From NCBI GenBank assembly GCA_046735395.1, contig JBJKQR010000062.1, positions 32,001 to 96,000 on the forward strand: 64,000 bases of DNA. Direction: 5' to 3'. This DNA comes from Fidelibacterota bacterium (GTDB lineage Bacteria; Fidelibacterota; Fidelibacteria; Fidelibacterales; DSDE01). The position numbers were made by a program, and so were the translations under genes. This document shows, in pieces, positions 52,743 to 61,928 of the stretch; within the stretch, counting starts at the first letter, position 1, and every line of letters starts with the position of its first letter. The notes beneath the pieces are model-generated. The model saw only the letters and a program-made list of their open reading frames with translations, was not told the DNA's origin and did not search any database.

Positions 52743-53687
52743 ATGATGGAACACCTTATCACCAGCGGCCGGATGAATCCGAATATTGATCCGGTCCTTC
52801 ATGTCTGGCACTGGGAAATCCCCCTGTACCTGTTTCTGGGTGGTATCGCTGCAGGCATCCTGTTCTACTCGGCCCTGCTCACACTGATGGGACGGGAGGA
52901 AAAGTATCCGGTCGCCGTCAAATGGATGCCCCTGGCCGCACCGGTGCTCATCGGCATCGGCCTGGCTGCCCTCTTTCTGGATCTTTCACACAAGCTGTAC
53001 TTCTGGCAGCTCTACACCAATATCCGCTGGGTATCACCCATGAGCTGGGGAGCCTGGACTCTGCTGCTCATCACGCCCCTGTCCCTCCTCTGGATCGCCA
53101 TCTGGCGCCGGGATCTGCTTCCCGGATACACCATTCCCTGGGCCTGGCTGGACACAGCTCTTACCTACCTGGACAAATACAGGAAAGCACTGGCCTGGGC
53201 GCTGTTGCTGCTTGCAATCGTCCTCGGTATGTACACGGGAATCCTGCTGTCCGCCTTCAATGCACGCCCCTTCTGGAATACGTCCATCCTGGGACCCTTA
53301 TTTCTGGTATCGGGACTGTCCGCAGCCGCAGCACTTGCCGCGCTGTTTGCCGGGAGTCCGGAAGAACGCCATGCCTTCACGCGCATAGATCTCATCATGC
53401 TGAGTATCGAGCTCGTCCTGCTCGTTCATCTGGTCATGGGTTTCCTGGCCGGATCGCAGGCGCAGATTGATGCAGTCCAGATGATTCTGGGAGGCAGCGG
53501 CTACACCATCACCTTCTGGGGTGGAATCGTGATCATCGGCATCCTGCTCCCCCTCTTTCTGGAAGCGATGGAACTCTCGCGCCGTCATGTACCGGTACTT
53601 GTTCCGGTCATCATGATCATCACCGGTAACCTCCTGCTTCGCTTTCTCTTTGTGGAGCTGGGACAGGTCAGCCGGTACTTTTACTGA
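52743..53687 (+). CDS. psrC: NrfD/PsrC membrane anchor
   Basis: W.WEIPLYLFLGG, FLDL, SPMSWGAW, YTGILL, RPFWN; about 8 TM helices. Confidence 0.9.
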   Translation: MMEHLITSGRMNPNIDPVLHVWHWEIPLYLFLGGIAAGILFYSALLTLMGREEKYPVAVKWMPLAAPVLIGIGLAALFLDLSHKLYFWQLYTNIRWVSPMSWGAWTLLLITPLSLLWIAIWRRDLLPGYTIPWAWLDTALTYLDKYRKALAWALLLLAIVLGMYTGILLSAFNARPFWNTSILGPLFLVSGLSAAAALAALFAGSPEERHAFTRIDLIMLSIELVLLVHLVMGFLAGSQAQIDAVQMILGGSGYTITFWGGIVIIGILLPLFLEAMELSRRHVPVLVPVIMIITGNLLLRFLFVELGQVSRYFY

Positions 53688-53725
53688 TATCAGCCATTCA
53701 ATCTATATTATCAACGGAGAATAAA

Positions 53726-54235
53726 ATGCAGAAACCTTACATGAATCCCTACCTGGCAGGAGTGCTGCTGGGTCTGGTCCTGATTGCGGCATTTCTCATC
53801 AGCGGACGCGGCCTGGGTGCCAGTGGTGCGATGAAAGATACCATGGTGGCCGCCGTAAATGCCGTGGCTCCGGATTATACGGCCCAGGACGCCTTTTACT
53901 CAAAATATGTCAAGGATGGCCAGAATCCTCTGAAAAACTGGCTTGTCTTTGAAGTTTTCGGTGTGCTGATCGGCGGTTTCCTCTCCGGGATTATTTCCGG
54001 ACGCGTGAAACTGACCACCGAACACGGCCCCAATATCACGTCACGCAAGCGCCTGATTCTGGCGCTCATCGGTGGTTTCCTTTTCGGCCTGGGCGCTCAG
54101 CTCGGCCGCGGATGCACCAGCGGCGGCGCGCTCACAGGCATGGCGGTCATGTCGACCGCCGGATTTGTATCCATGCTCTCAATCTTTGGAAGCGGATACG
54201 TCTTTGCCTACTTTTTCAGAAAAAATTGGTTATAA
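53726..54235 (+). CDS. YeeE/YedE family sulfur-compound transporter, half protein
   Basis: NPYLAGVLLG, GLGASG, GAQLGRGCTSG. Confidence 0.88.
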   Translation: MQKPYMNPYLAGVLLGLVLIAAFLISGRGLGASGAMKDTMVAAVNAVAPDYTAQDAFYSKYVKDGQNPLKNWLVFEVFGVLIGGFLSGIISGRVKLTTEHGPNITSRKRLILALIGGFLFGLGAQLGRGCTSGGALTGMAVMSTAGFVSMLSIFGSGYVFAYFFRKNWL

Positions 54236-54247
54236 GGAGGTGGTATA

Positions 54248-54850
54248 ATGGGTCCTTTTGCACCACAGGGAATTATCAGCCAGGACTGGAACCTCTTCCT
54301 GGCCTTCATCATCGGAATCGGATTCGGCTTTGTCCTTGAACAGGCCGGATTCTCATCAACCCGCAAACTGGCGGGCGTATTTTACGGCTACGACATGGTC
54401 GTCCTGAAGGTCTTCTTCACGGCGGCCGTCACCGGCATGCTCGGACTGCTCTATCTGAGCCTCTTCGGCTGGATAGATCTCAATCTGGTCTATGTCAATC
54501 CGCTCTACATCTGGCCGACCATCGCCGGCGGCGTCATCATGGGGCTGGGCTTCATCATCGGCGGCTTCTGTCCCGGCACATCTGTCTGCGCTGCAGCCAT
54601 CGGAAAAATCGATGCCATGGTCTTCGTGGGAGGCATTTTTCTCGGCGTATTCAGCTTTGCCGAACTCTTTCCTCTCCTGAAACATTTTTACATGAGTGGA
54701 GAGATGGGCGCGGTAAAGGTTTTTGACAGCCTGGGCCTGCCAATGGGACTCTTCGTCCTGCTGATCACTGTCGTTGCGGCGCTGGCCTTCCTCGGCGCTG
54801 AAAAGCTGGAAACCCTCCTCAGGAAAGGAGACTCTCATGAAGACGCGTAA
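54248..54850 (+). CDS. YeeE/YedE family sulfur-compound transporter, half protein
   Basis: GIGFGFVLEQAG, D..VLKVFFTA, GFCPGTS. Confidence 0.88.
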   Translation: MGPFAPQGIISQDWNLFLAFIIGIGFGFVLEQAGFSSTRKLAGVFYGYDMVVLKVFFTAAVTGMLGLLYLSLFGWIDLNLVYVNPLYIWPTIAGGVIMGLGFIIGGFCPGTSVCAAAIGKIDAMVFVGGIFLGVFSFAELFPLLKHFYMSGEMGAVKVFDSLGLPMGLFVLLITVVAALAFLGAEKLETLLRKGDSHEDA

Positions 54851-55454
54851 TGCCATTCTGTCTGCCCTGGTTTTCATGGCCCTGCTCATGGCCTTCATTC
54901 CCGCCAATACGGTTCTGAAATTCCGGCTGACACCGGAAACCATGCTGAATGAAGTCGGTGAGTCCGTTTCCATGATTCATCCCGATCAGGTAGCGGCCAT
55001 GATCATAGACAAGGATCCCTCCCTGCAGCTCATCGACCTGCGATCACCGGATGAATATGCGAAATTTCATCTGGACGGCGCCTACAATATCCCGCTGGCC
55101 CGCATCCTCGACAAGGACAACCTGCCCGTATTTGACCAGAATCTGAAAATCAATGTCCTCTACGGAAACGGGTCCACCATGCCCCAGAGTGCATGGATGC
55201 TGCTCCGGCAGATGGGTTTCCGGAGTAATTACGTTCTGATGGGCGGACTGAATTACTGGACGGAAACCATCCTGAATCCGAAAAAACCGGGCAACCTGCA
55301 GGCAGATGATGAAATCGCCAAATATGATTTCCGCAAGGGTGCTTCCCAGCACTTCGGGGGCGCTCCGGCAGCTACCGCTCCCACGGAGACGGCCGCACCG
55401 AAAATGCCCGTAATCAGAAAGAAAAAGAAATCAGCTCCCCAGGGAGGCTGTTGA
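54837..55454 (+). CDS. Exported rhodanese-like protein with C-terminal GGC arm
   Basis: N-terminal hydrophobic segment; LIDLRSPDEY..FHLDGAYNIP; LMGGLNYW; tail KKKKSAPQGGC. Start MKTRN with GGAG RBS. Confidence 0.85.
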   Translation: MKTRNAILSALVFMALLMAFIPANTVLKFRLTPETMLNEVGESVSMIHPDQVAAMIIDKDPSLQLIDLRSPDEYAKFHLDGAYNIPLARILDKDNLPVFDQNLKINVLYGNGSTMPQSAWMLLRQMGFRSNYVLMGGLNYWTETILNPKKPGNLQADDEIAKYDFRKGASQHFGGAPAATAPTETAAPKMPVIRKKKKSAPQGGC

Positions 55455-55507
55455 CCTCACGGCCTCATCTCCGGATGACAGGCCATTTCTCCTGCCCTGG
55501 TTTGAAG

Positions 55508-55531
55508 AGCCCCCGAATCCGGGGGCTTTTT
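55508..55531 (+). terminator. Intrinsic terminator of the psr operon
   Basis: AGCCCCCG-AATC-CGGGGGCT-TTTT. Confidence 0.85.
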
Positions 55532-55675
55532 CATTATCCGGTGTTTTTTATTTTGAAATCTTGCAACGCTTTCCTCGCCGGACTAATTGCGATGGATCTT
55601 CAGTCGCCGCGGGTGAAACACTATTCTATGGATTATTTCAGAACAATTATCGGATCTTGATTCCCTGGAATCTCA

Positions 55676-56833
55676 TCACAAATTCAGCTGTTTTTTAATT
55701 ATGTCCCGGAGTTTATTCGGGTACAGTCCCGTGCTCGCATAAACGATCCGGCCCTGCGGACTGATCAGAAAATAGGTCGGGCTGGCCCACACATTGTACA
55801 ATCCTGCCAGCTCCCTATTACCCAGCAGACAGGGATAGGTGATCTGATATTCCCGAATGTATTTTTTCATTCCCTCGGGATATATCCCATTCGTTTCGAT
55901 TCCAATGATTTTAAGCTGCATCTCAGAGTAGTGATGCCTGATCTCATTTATCACAGGAATGGAACTGATATGTCCACCGCAGCCGGCTGCAAAAAACTCC
56001 AGCAGGACAAATCGCCCCGAATAGTCGGATAAGGAAAATGGGTGTTCATCCGAATCCTGCAGCACCCAATTGACCGCATCGCTGTTTTCCATTTCAGATA
56101 ACAGAACCCGTTTTCTATCCCTAAATTCGTCATTGGAAAATATTGTGATCGAGGACGGAAAACGGTATTCACTCCAGATATCATCCGGCCTTTTTTCATT
56201 GATTACCATATCAGAATACGACGTTTTCTCAGTATAGGTTTTCGTTACGCGTCCTAACTGCAGGGGCAGATAATTTGCCCTGTCTATGATTATTTCGATA
56301 TAATCGGTTAATTTCTGCCGGGGCATCACCTGAATATCATCTGTCTGTGCAAACTTCAGACTCCGGCAGGGCCGGGAATGAATCAGGGTATCGGATAGGC
56401 GGACATCATTAAATAAATGCTGATCCAGAGTTTCCAATAGCTGTTTTATTCTGAGCATGGACCCGCTTACATGATAAATACTCCACAGATCCCGGGGGCT
56501 TTTTACAGGGTCTGTCACCAGATATTCCTGATCGGGGTAATAGGACATAAGGTTTTTTCCGTTATAGACTAAGATTGCCGGATCTGTCTCCCGCGAGCTG
56601 CTATCAAACTCAAATTTTGCACCGATTATCGTGTCTTCGCGAGTCATCTCAAAATACATTTTAACGACATCGGTGGAAGCGTCCTGATAACGGCCTTTAA
56701 TAAAGTGATGGGATGTGTAGGCAAGGGTCTGAATCTCTGACAATTTATCCCGAGTCCGGCGGATCACTTCATCCGCCGTCTGACTGAAGAGAGAAAAATG
56801 CAGGATGAGCAGAAGCGAAACGAAACGAATCAT
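55676..56833 (-). CDS. Exported protein with C-terminal TlpA/redoxin-like domain
   Basis: Signal peptide; SLSDYSGRFVLLEFF..C, YNV.ASPTYFLISPQGRI thioredoxin-fold pattern; active site reads CGGH. Confidence 0.8.
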   Translation of the reverse strand: MIRFVSLLLILHFSLFSQTADEVIRRTRDKLSEIQTLAYTSHHFIKGRYQDASTDVVKMYFEMTREDTIIGAKFEFDSSSRETDPAILVYNGKNLMSYYPDQEYLVTDPVKSPRDLWSIYHVSGSMLRIKQLLETLDQHLFNDVRLSDTLIHSRPCRSLKFAQTDDIQVMPRQKLTDYIEIIIDRANYLPLQLGRVTKTYTEKTSYSDMVINEKRPDDIWSEYRFPSSITIFSNDEFRDRKRVLLSEMENSDAVNWVLQDSDEHPFSLSDYSGRFVLLEFFAAGCGGHISSIPVINEIRHHYSEMQLKIIGIETNGIYPEGMKKYIREYQITYPCLLGNRELAGLYNVWASPTYFLISPQGRIVYASTGLYPNKLRDIIKKQLNL

Positions 56834-57200
56834 GATAGCCCCTTATTGATCAGTGTTATGCGATTTCCCTTTATCCGATTTCATTCAGCCGTATTTACCA
56901 TATATTCATTATTATTTCAGAGAGTGATCATAGCCCTGATTTCGGAAACATGATATCAGGATTACGGCGAAGCGGAATACCGGCATATAAGGTGAAAACA
57001 CTCTTCGGGTCATAGACGCTTCCTTATCTGTCTATGCACACAATTCCGTGCAGAATTCTGAATAACGTGTGAATATATTTTTTCCGGAATTTGTATCCAA
57101 GTAAAAAATGAACGGGCGGGTTTGCCATGGACGAGCGGAATTTATTTTTCTGACATTCTTTGTAGGGCCAATTATGATACCACGTACAGTTTTTTCCCCG

Positions 57201-57232
57201 CAACCTCTGAACTTCTCAACTTCTCAACCTCT
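57201..57232. repeat. Four imperfect 8-bp tandem repeats
   Basis: CAACCTCT GAACTTCT CAACTTCT CAACCTCT. Confidence 0.7.
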
Positions 57233-57324
57233 AATATTTTTGTTTTACCCGGTCCCTGATTTCCGTATATTTTGGTCCCGGAAAATAGATTTATACCTTG
57301 CCCGACCCCTTAGGCAAAAGTTGG

Positions 57325-57353
57325 TTGACAATCTGAATTGAAAGAGATATATT
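57325..57353 (+). promoter_or_regulatory. Sigma70 promoter of the rplM operon
   Basis: TTGACA-17 bp-TATATT. Confidence 0.85.
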
Positions 57354-57404
57354 TATCGGCTCTTCGAGTGAAGGGCAAAACATTGCAAAACGGAGGTTAA
57401 GGAT

Positions 57405-57836
57405 TTGAAGACATATTCCGCCAAACCATCAGACATCAACCCGGAGTGGCTGCTTGTCGATGCTGAAGGTGTTCCCCTTGGGCGGCTGGCAAGCAAGATC
57501 GCCCAGCTCCTGCGAGGAAAGCACAAGCCAATTTTCACTCCTCACATGGATACGGGAGACTTTGTTATTGTCATCAACGCGGACAAAGTCCGCTTGAGCG
57601 GCAACAAAGCTGAGAGCAAAACATATTTTCGCCATACGGGATATCCCGGCGGTGCACGGTTCACGTCCTACAAGGAAATGATGGAAAAGGCACCCACACG
57701 GATTATCGAACACGCTGTGAAAGGGATGCTTCCCCACAACCGTCTGGGTCGTCAGGTCATCAAGAAACTGAAAATCTATGCCGGCGCCGAACATCCTCAT
57801 GAGGCACAGCAACCCAAAACCCTGGAAACCCTTTAG
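57405..57836 (+). CDS. rplM: 50S ribosomal protein L13
   Basis: LGRLAS, GKHKP.FTPH.DTGD, HTGYPGG; TTG start after GGAGG. Confidence 0.98.
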   Translation: MKTYSAKPSDINPEWLLVDAEGVPLGRLASKIAQLLRGKHKPIFTPHMDTGDFVIVINADKVRLSGNKAESKTYFRHTGYPGGARFTSYKEMMEKAPTRIIEHAVKGMLPHNRLGRQVIKKLKIYAGAEHPHEAQQPKTLETL

Positions 57837-57848
57837 GAGTATGGTGAT

Positions 57849-58238
57849 ATGGTAAAAGAATATACAAGTATCGGACGCCGTAAATCTGCCACCGCCCGCG
57901 TCAGAATGAAAAGCGGCAACGGACAGATCATTGTCAACAAGCGTCCATTGGAAGTTTATTTCGGACGGCAGACATCACAGATGATTATTCGGCAGCCTCT
58001 GGAACTCACCGGAATGATGAACAAATTTGACATTCACGTCAATGTCAAAGGCGGCGGACTGACCGGCCAGGCCGGAGCAGTCAAACACGGTATCAGCCGG
58101 GCCCTTCTGCAGGTGGATCCTGAACTGCGGGCTATCCTGAAGAGCAACGGGTTCCTGACACGCGATGCCAGAAAAGTCGAACGCAAGAAGTACGGTTTAC
58201 GTGGTGCCCGCCGCGCATTCCAGTTCTCGAAACGTTAA
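57849..58238 (+). CDS. rpsI: 30S ribosomal protein S9
   Basis: GRRK, GGG..GQ, ERKKYG, QFSKR. Confidence 0.98.
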   Translation: MVKEYTSIGRRKSATARVRMKSGNGQIIVNKRPLEVYFGRQTSQMIIRQPLELTGMMNKFDIHVNVKGGGLTGQAGAVKHGISRALLQVDPELRAILKSNGFLTRDARKVERKKYGLRGARRAFQFSKR

Positions 58239-58262
58239 TCCGAACTGCAATTGGAGAATTGA

Positions 58263-59075
58263 ATGGAAAAAATTACTGTAGACAGTTTACTGGCAACGGG
58301 AGCCCATTTCGGCCATCTGACCAGCAAGTGGAATCCGGCCATGAAGGACTATATATTCACGAAGAAAAACGGCATTCATATCATCGACCTGAAACAGACG
58401 GTTCAGGCTGTTGAACGGGCTGCCGGATTTCTGCACGACATCGTTCGCAACGGCGGCGAAGTTCTGTATCTGGGAACGAAGAAACAGGCCAAGAGCATCA
58501 TCGAAGACGAAGCTCTGCGCGGCAATATCTTCTTTATCACAGAACGCTGGCTGGGTGGTACGCTGACCAACTTCGTCACCATCAAGCGCAGCATCCGACG
58601 TCTGGAACAGCTGCAGAAGGAAAGTGAAGCGGAAGATGCATGGAAGAGCCTGACCAAGAAGGAAATTCTCGGCATGCTCCGTGAGAAGGCAAAACTGGAA
58701 CTGCTGCATCGCGGCATCAAGAACATGAAACGCCTTCCTGACGTCATCTTCATCGTGGACAGCGTCTATGAAAGCACGGCGATTCATGAAGCACGGCGTC
58801 TGGACATTCCGATCATCGCCATCACCGACACCAATGCAAATCCCAAGGATGTGGATTTTGCCATTCCCGCCAACGATGATTCCTACCGGACCATTCAGCT
58901 GATCACAAAGATGCTGACCGACACGATCATGGCTGCCCGCAATTTCTCACGCAAGGGAAATACGGAAGCCGAGGAAGCTGAAGTGGAGGCCGTGGCCGCA
59001 GCACCCGTCGCAGCACCGGCCGAAGCAGCTGCAGACAAAGCAGCCGCCCCCGAATCAGACGAAAAGAACTCATAA
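58263..59075 (+). CDS. rpsB: 30S ribosomal protein S2
   Basis: GAHFGH, WNP.M, RWLGG.LTN, IPANDD. Confidence 0.98.
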   Translation: MEKITVDSLLATGAHFGHLTSKWNPAMKDYIFTKKNGIHIIDLKQTVQAVERAAGFLHDIVRNGGEVLYLGTKKQAKSIIEDEALRGNIFFITERWLGGTLTNFVTIKRSIRRLEQLQKESEAEDAWKSLTKKEILGMLREKAKLELLHRGIKNMKRLPDVIFIVDSVYESTAIHEARRLDIPIIAITDTNANPKDVDFAIPANDDSYRTIQLITKMLTDTIMAARNFSRKGNTEAEEAEVEAVAAAPVAAPAEAAADKAAAPESDEKNS

Positions 59076-59101
59076 TATTTTAATAGACTACAGGAGAACT
59101 C

Positions 59102-59701
59102 ATGCAAATTTCCGCAACCATGGTCAAGGAATTGCGCGACCGAACCGGTGCAGGCATGATGGACTGCAAAAAGGCATTAACAGAAACCCAGGGAGACATT
59201 GACAAGGCGATCGAATTTCTTCGGAAATCCGGAATTGCCAAGGCGGAAAAGAAAGCTGACCGTCAGGCAAAAGAAGGCGCCATCTTCTCCTACATTCACC
59301 CCGGAAACAAACTGGGCGCCCTGGTGGAAATCAATTGCGAAACCGACTTCGTGGCCAATACGGACAAGTTCCTCGGATTTGTGAAGGATATCGCCATGCA
59401 GGTTGCTGCCAGCTCACCCGTTACCGTCTCCCGCGACCAGGTCCCGGAAGACCTCATTGAACGGGAAAAGGCCATTTACAAGGAACAGGCGATGAAGGAA
59501 GGAAAACCGGAAAACATCGCTGAAAAAATGGTTTCAGGCCGCCTGGAAAAATACTACAAGGAAGCCGTGCTTCTGGAACAGCCCTTTTTCAAGGATCCTG
59601 ACAAGAACATCGAGACCTACCTGAAGGAAACCATCGGTGCCCTCGGTGAAAATATCACCATCACCCGTTTCTCACGCTTTGCCCTCGGTGAAAGTTTCTG
59701 A
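59102..59701 (+). CDS. tsf: Elongation factor Ts, short form
   Basis: [25 protein letters not shown]; 199 aa. Confidence 0.97.
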   Translation: MQISATMVKELRDRTGAGMMDCKKALTETQGDIDKAIEFLRKSGIAKAEKKADRQAKEGAIFSYIHPGNKLGALVEINCETDFVANTDKFLGFVKDIAMQVAASSPVTVSRDQVPEDLIEREKAIYKEQAMKEGKPENIAEKMVSGRLEKYYKEAVLLEQPFFKDPDKNIETYLKETIGALGENITITRFSRFALGESF

Positions 59702-59722
59702 TCACTTTCGGACATAAATCTC

Positions 59723-59755
59723 AAAACTCCGGCCTGATCGCCGGAGTTTTTTTTT
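59723..59755 (+). terminator. Intrinsic terminator after tsf
   Basis: AAAACTCCGGC-CTGATC-GCCGGAG followed by T9. Confidence 0.88.
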
Positions 59756-59831
59756 ACCGATACTTTTAATTTTCATAAAAATTCCTTAAGATTGGCCAAA
59801 TTCAAATAAGCACAGCAAGGAGAGGCTTCTT

Positions 59832-60389
59832 ATGTTGGACGAATTATATCTGGAAAGTGAAGAGATGATGCAGAAGGCCGTGGATCATCTGAAACATGAA
59901 TTTTCTGCCCTGCGCACCGGCAGAGCATCCACCGGACTGCTTGAGCACATCAAAGTCAGTTATTACGGAAGCCTTACCCCCCTGAACCAGGTTGCAAACG
60001 TCAATATACCGGAAGCCCGCCTCATCGTCATCCAGCCCTGGGAAAAAAATATGCTCAGCGTGATTGAAAAAGCCATCCAGGCCAGTGATCTGGGCCTGAA
60101 TCCCATCAATGACGGCCAGACGGTTCGCGTCCCCATTCCGGCCATGACCGATGAACGCCGCCACGAACTGGTGAAAATTGTCCACAAGATGACTGAAGAT
60201 GGCCGGATATCTGTTCGGAACACGCGCCGTGACGCCAATGAAAATATCAAGAAGGCGGAGAAATCCGGGGATGTTTCGAAGGATTCAGCTGCCGATGGCC
60301 TCGATGAAATTCAGAAAATGACAGATTCCTACATTGAAAAACTGGAAACCCTGATGAAGCACAAGGAAAAGGAGATTCTCGAAGACTGA
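59832..60389 (+). CDS. frr: Ribosome recycling factor
   Basis: RTGRA, YYG, LGLNP..DG, RN.RRDAN. Confidence 0.97.
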   Translation: MLDELYLESEEMMQKAVDHLKHEFSALRTGRASTGLLEHIKVSYYGSLTPLNQVANVNIPEARLIVIQPWEKNMLSVIEKAIQASDLGLNPINDGQTVRVPIPAMTDERRHELVKIVHKMTEDGRISVRNTRRDANENIKKAEKSGDVSKDSAADGLDEIQKMTDSYIEKLETLMKHKEKEILED

Positions 60390-60731
60390 TATGTCCTCTC
60401 CGGTCCCTTTCTCTTTTTTTTAATATTTTTCTGCCGATACATTGCGGAAGTCCTATGCATGAAATCAACGCCGGTCTGAGTCAAGACACGTGATACTGTA
60501 TTCGTACCCATCATTATTTTAATCGGAAACGCTCCGCTGTGCGTAAAACGGATTATCACTGATTTTCTCCCGTTGCTTTACTTTTCTGCGCCTCAGCGTT
60601 GATATTTTTTTATCACTTTGGTACGGAATTATAATTTCGTACTCATTTTGTGTAGTAAATTCTTTATCAGAACGACTTTGTCCACGGATTTCCTTCAATT
60701 AGGGCAGAAACAAAAACGAGGAGAAACAGTC

Positions 60732-61796
60732 ATGAAATCATTAAAGTTCGGAATCAGTATTCTCATGCTGCTTGCCCTGTGCAGCCTGACAGCTACAGCC
60801 GAAACCCTTCACAAGGAATTTGACGGAACGAAAACCGTATCGATGGACGGAGCGTCGGGAGACTGGACCATCAAATCCCACAGAGGAAAGAATATCATTA
60901 TTGATGTCGTCTACGATGACAATCTCAAAGATATTGTGGATTTCAAATTCCGTGAAAGTTCCGGAAAGCTGACGATTGAGGAAGATATGCGCAGAAGCCA
61001 TAACTGGAGCGGTTCAATCAAGTGGACGGTGCTTCTGCCCGCTGAAACGGATGTGGAACTGCACACAGCCTCCGGTGACGTCGATTTTCAGGAGGTGAAC
61101 GGAGATCTGGAAATTTCCGTTGCATCCGGGGACATTCAGATCCGCAATCATGCCGGCGACATGGATCTGAAATCTGCTTCCGGTGATATCAGCGTCCGGG
61201 AAAGCCAGGGCAACGGAAGTATTTCGACGGCCAGCGGTGATGTCACCCTGATCAACCTGCCCGGTGATCTGAATATTTCCACCGCCAGTGGTGATGTGGA
61301 CGCAGAAGGATTGAAGGGAAGCGTCAAATGTTCCACCGCCAGCGGAGACATCCAGCTGAAGAAATCCACGGTTGAGCTGAAAGGTTCGACGGCCTCCGGA
61401 AATATCAACGGACGGGAAGTGAGCGGCAGCGTTTCCGCCAGCACGGCCAGCGGCGATGTGGAGATGGAACGCCTGTCGCTGACGGGATCTGCAAAATTCA
61501 GCACGGCCAGCGGAGATATTTCCCTCAGCATGGGCAGTGATATGAAAAACGATTTGACAGCAAAAACAGCCAGCGGAGATATTACACTGGACCTGAACCG
61601 GAACAGCTTCAAAGGCAGCATCGAAGCTACTGTTCGAACCGGCGCGTCCTATTTCCGTTCCGACCTGAAGTTTACGGAAACGGACAGCTTCACACGGGAT
61701 GGCAGGGATTATCACGTGCTCAGCTGTAAGATGGGCAATGACGCTTCCAGCATCACCATGAATACCTACAGCGGCCAGGTCAAGCTCAGCAAATAA
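60732..61796 (+). CDS. DUF4097 beta-strand repeat (adhesin-like) exported protein
   Basis: Signal peptide; about 11 (ST)ASG(D/N) repeats; start MKSLK with GAGGAG RBS. Confidence 0.88.
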   Translation: MKSLKFGISILMLLALCSLTATAETLHKEFDGTKTVSMDGASGDWTIKSHRGKNIIIDVVYDDNLKDIVDFKFRESSGKLTIEEDMRRSHNWSGSIKWTVLLPAETDVELHTASGDVDFQEVNGDLEISVASGDIQIRNHAGDMDLKSASGDISVRESQGNGSISTASGDVTLINLPGDLNISTASGDVDAEGLKGSVKCSTASGDIQLKKSTVELKGSTASGNINGREVSGSVSASTASGDVEMERLSLTGSAKFSTASGDISLSMGSDMKNDLTAKTASGDITLDLNRNSFKGSIEATVRTGASYFRSDLKFTETDSFTRDGRDYHVLSCKMGNDASSITMNTYSGQVKLSK

Positions 61797-61823
61797 TCGA
61801 AATCCCCGCTTATCCCTTTTAAT

Positions 61824-61852
61824 AAAAAGCCTGCTTCGATGCAGGCTTTTTT
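61824..61852 (+). terminator. Intrinsic terminator
   Basis: AAAAAGCCTGC-TTCGAT-GCAGGCTTTTTT. Confidence 0.85.
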
Positions 61853-61928
61853 GATTTCAGCAGATCGGATTTGCGGATGAAAGAGCTGTTTAATAATGCT
61901 ATATTACGGGGAAAAACCGGAGTCGACA

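Noticed and set aside
55451..55660. 69-aa ORF after the rhodanese-like gene
   Set aside because: Spans the terminator, has no recognisable features and is probably spurious.
61060..61590. Regularly spaced ACGGCCAGCGG-like repeats resembling a CRISPR array
   Set aside because: Short, degenerate at third positions and in frame; they encode the TASGD repeats of the DUF4097 protein. No cas genes are present.
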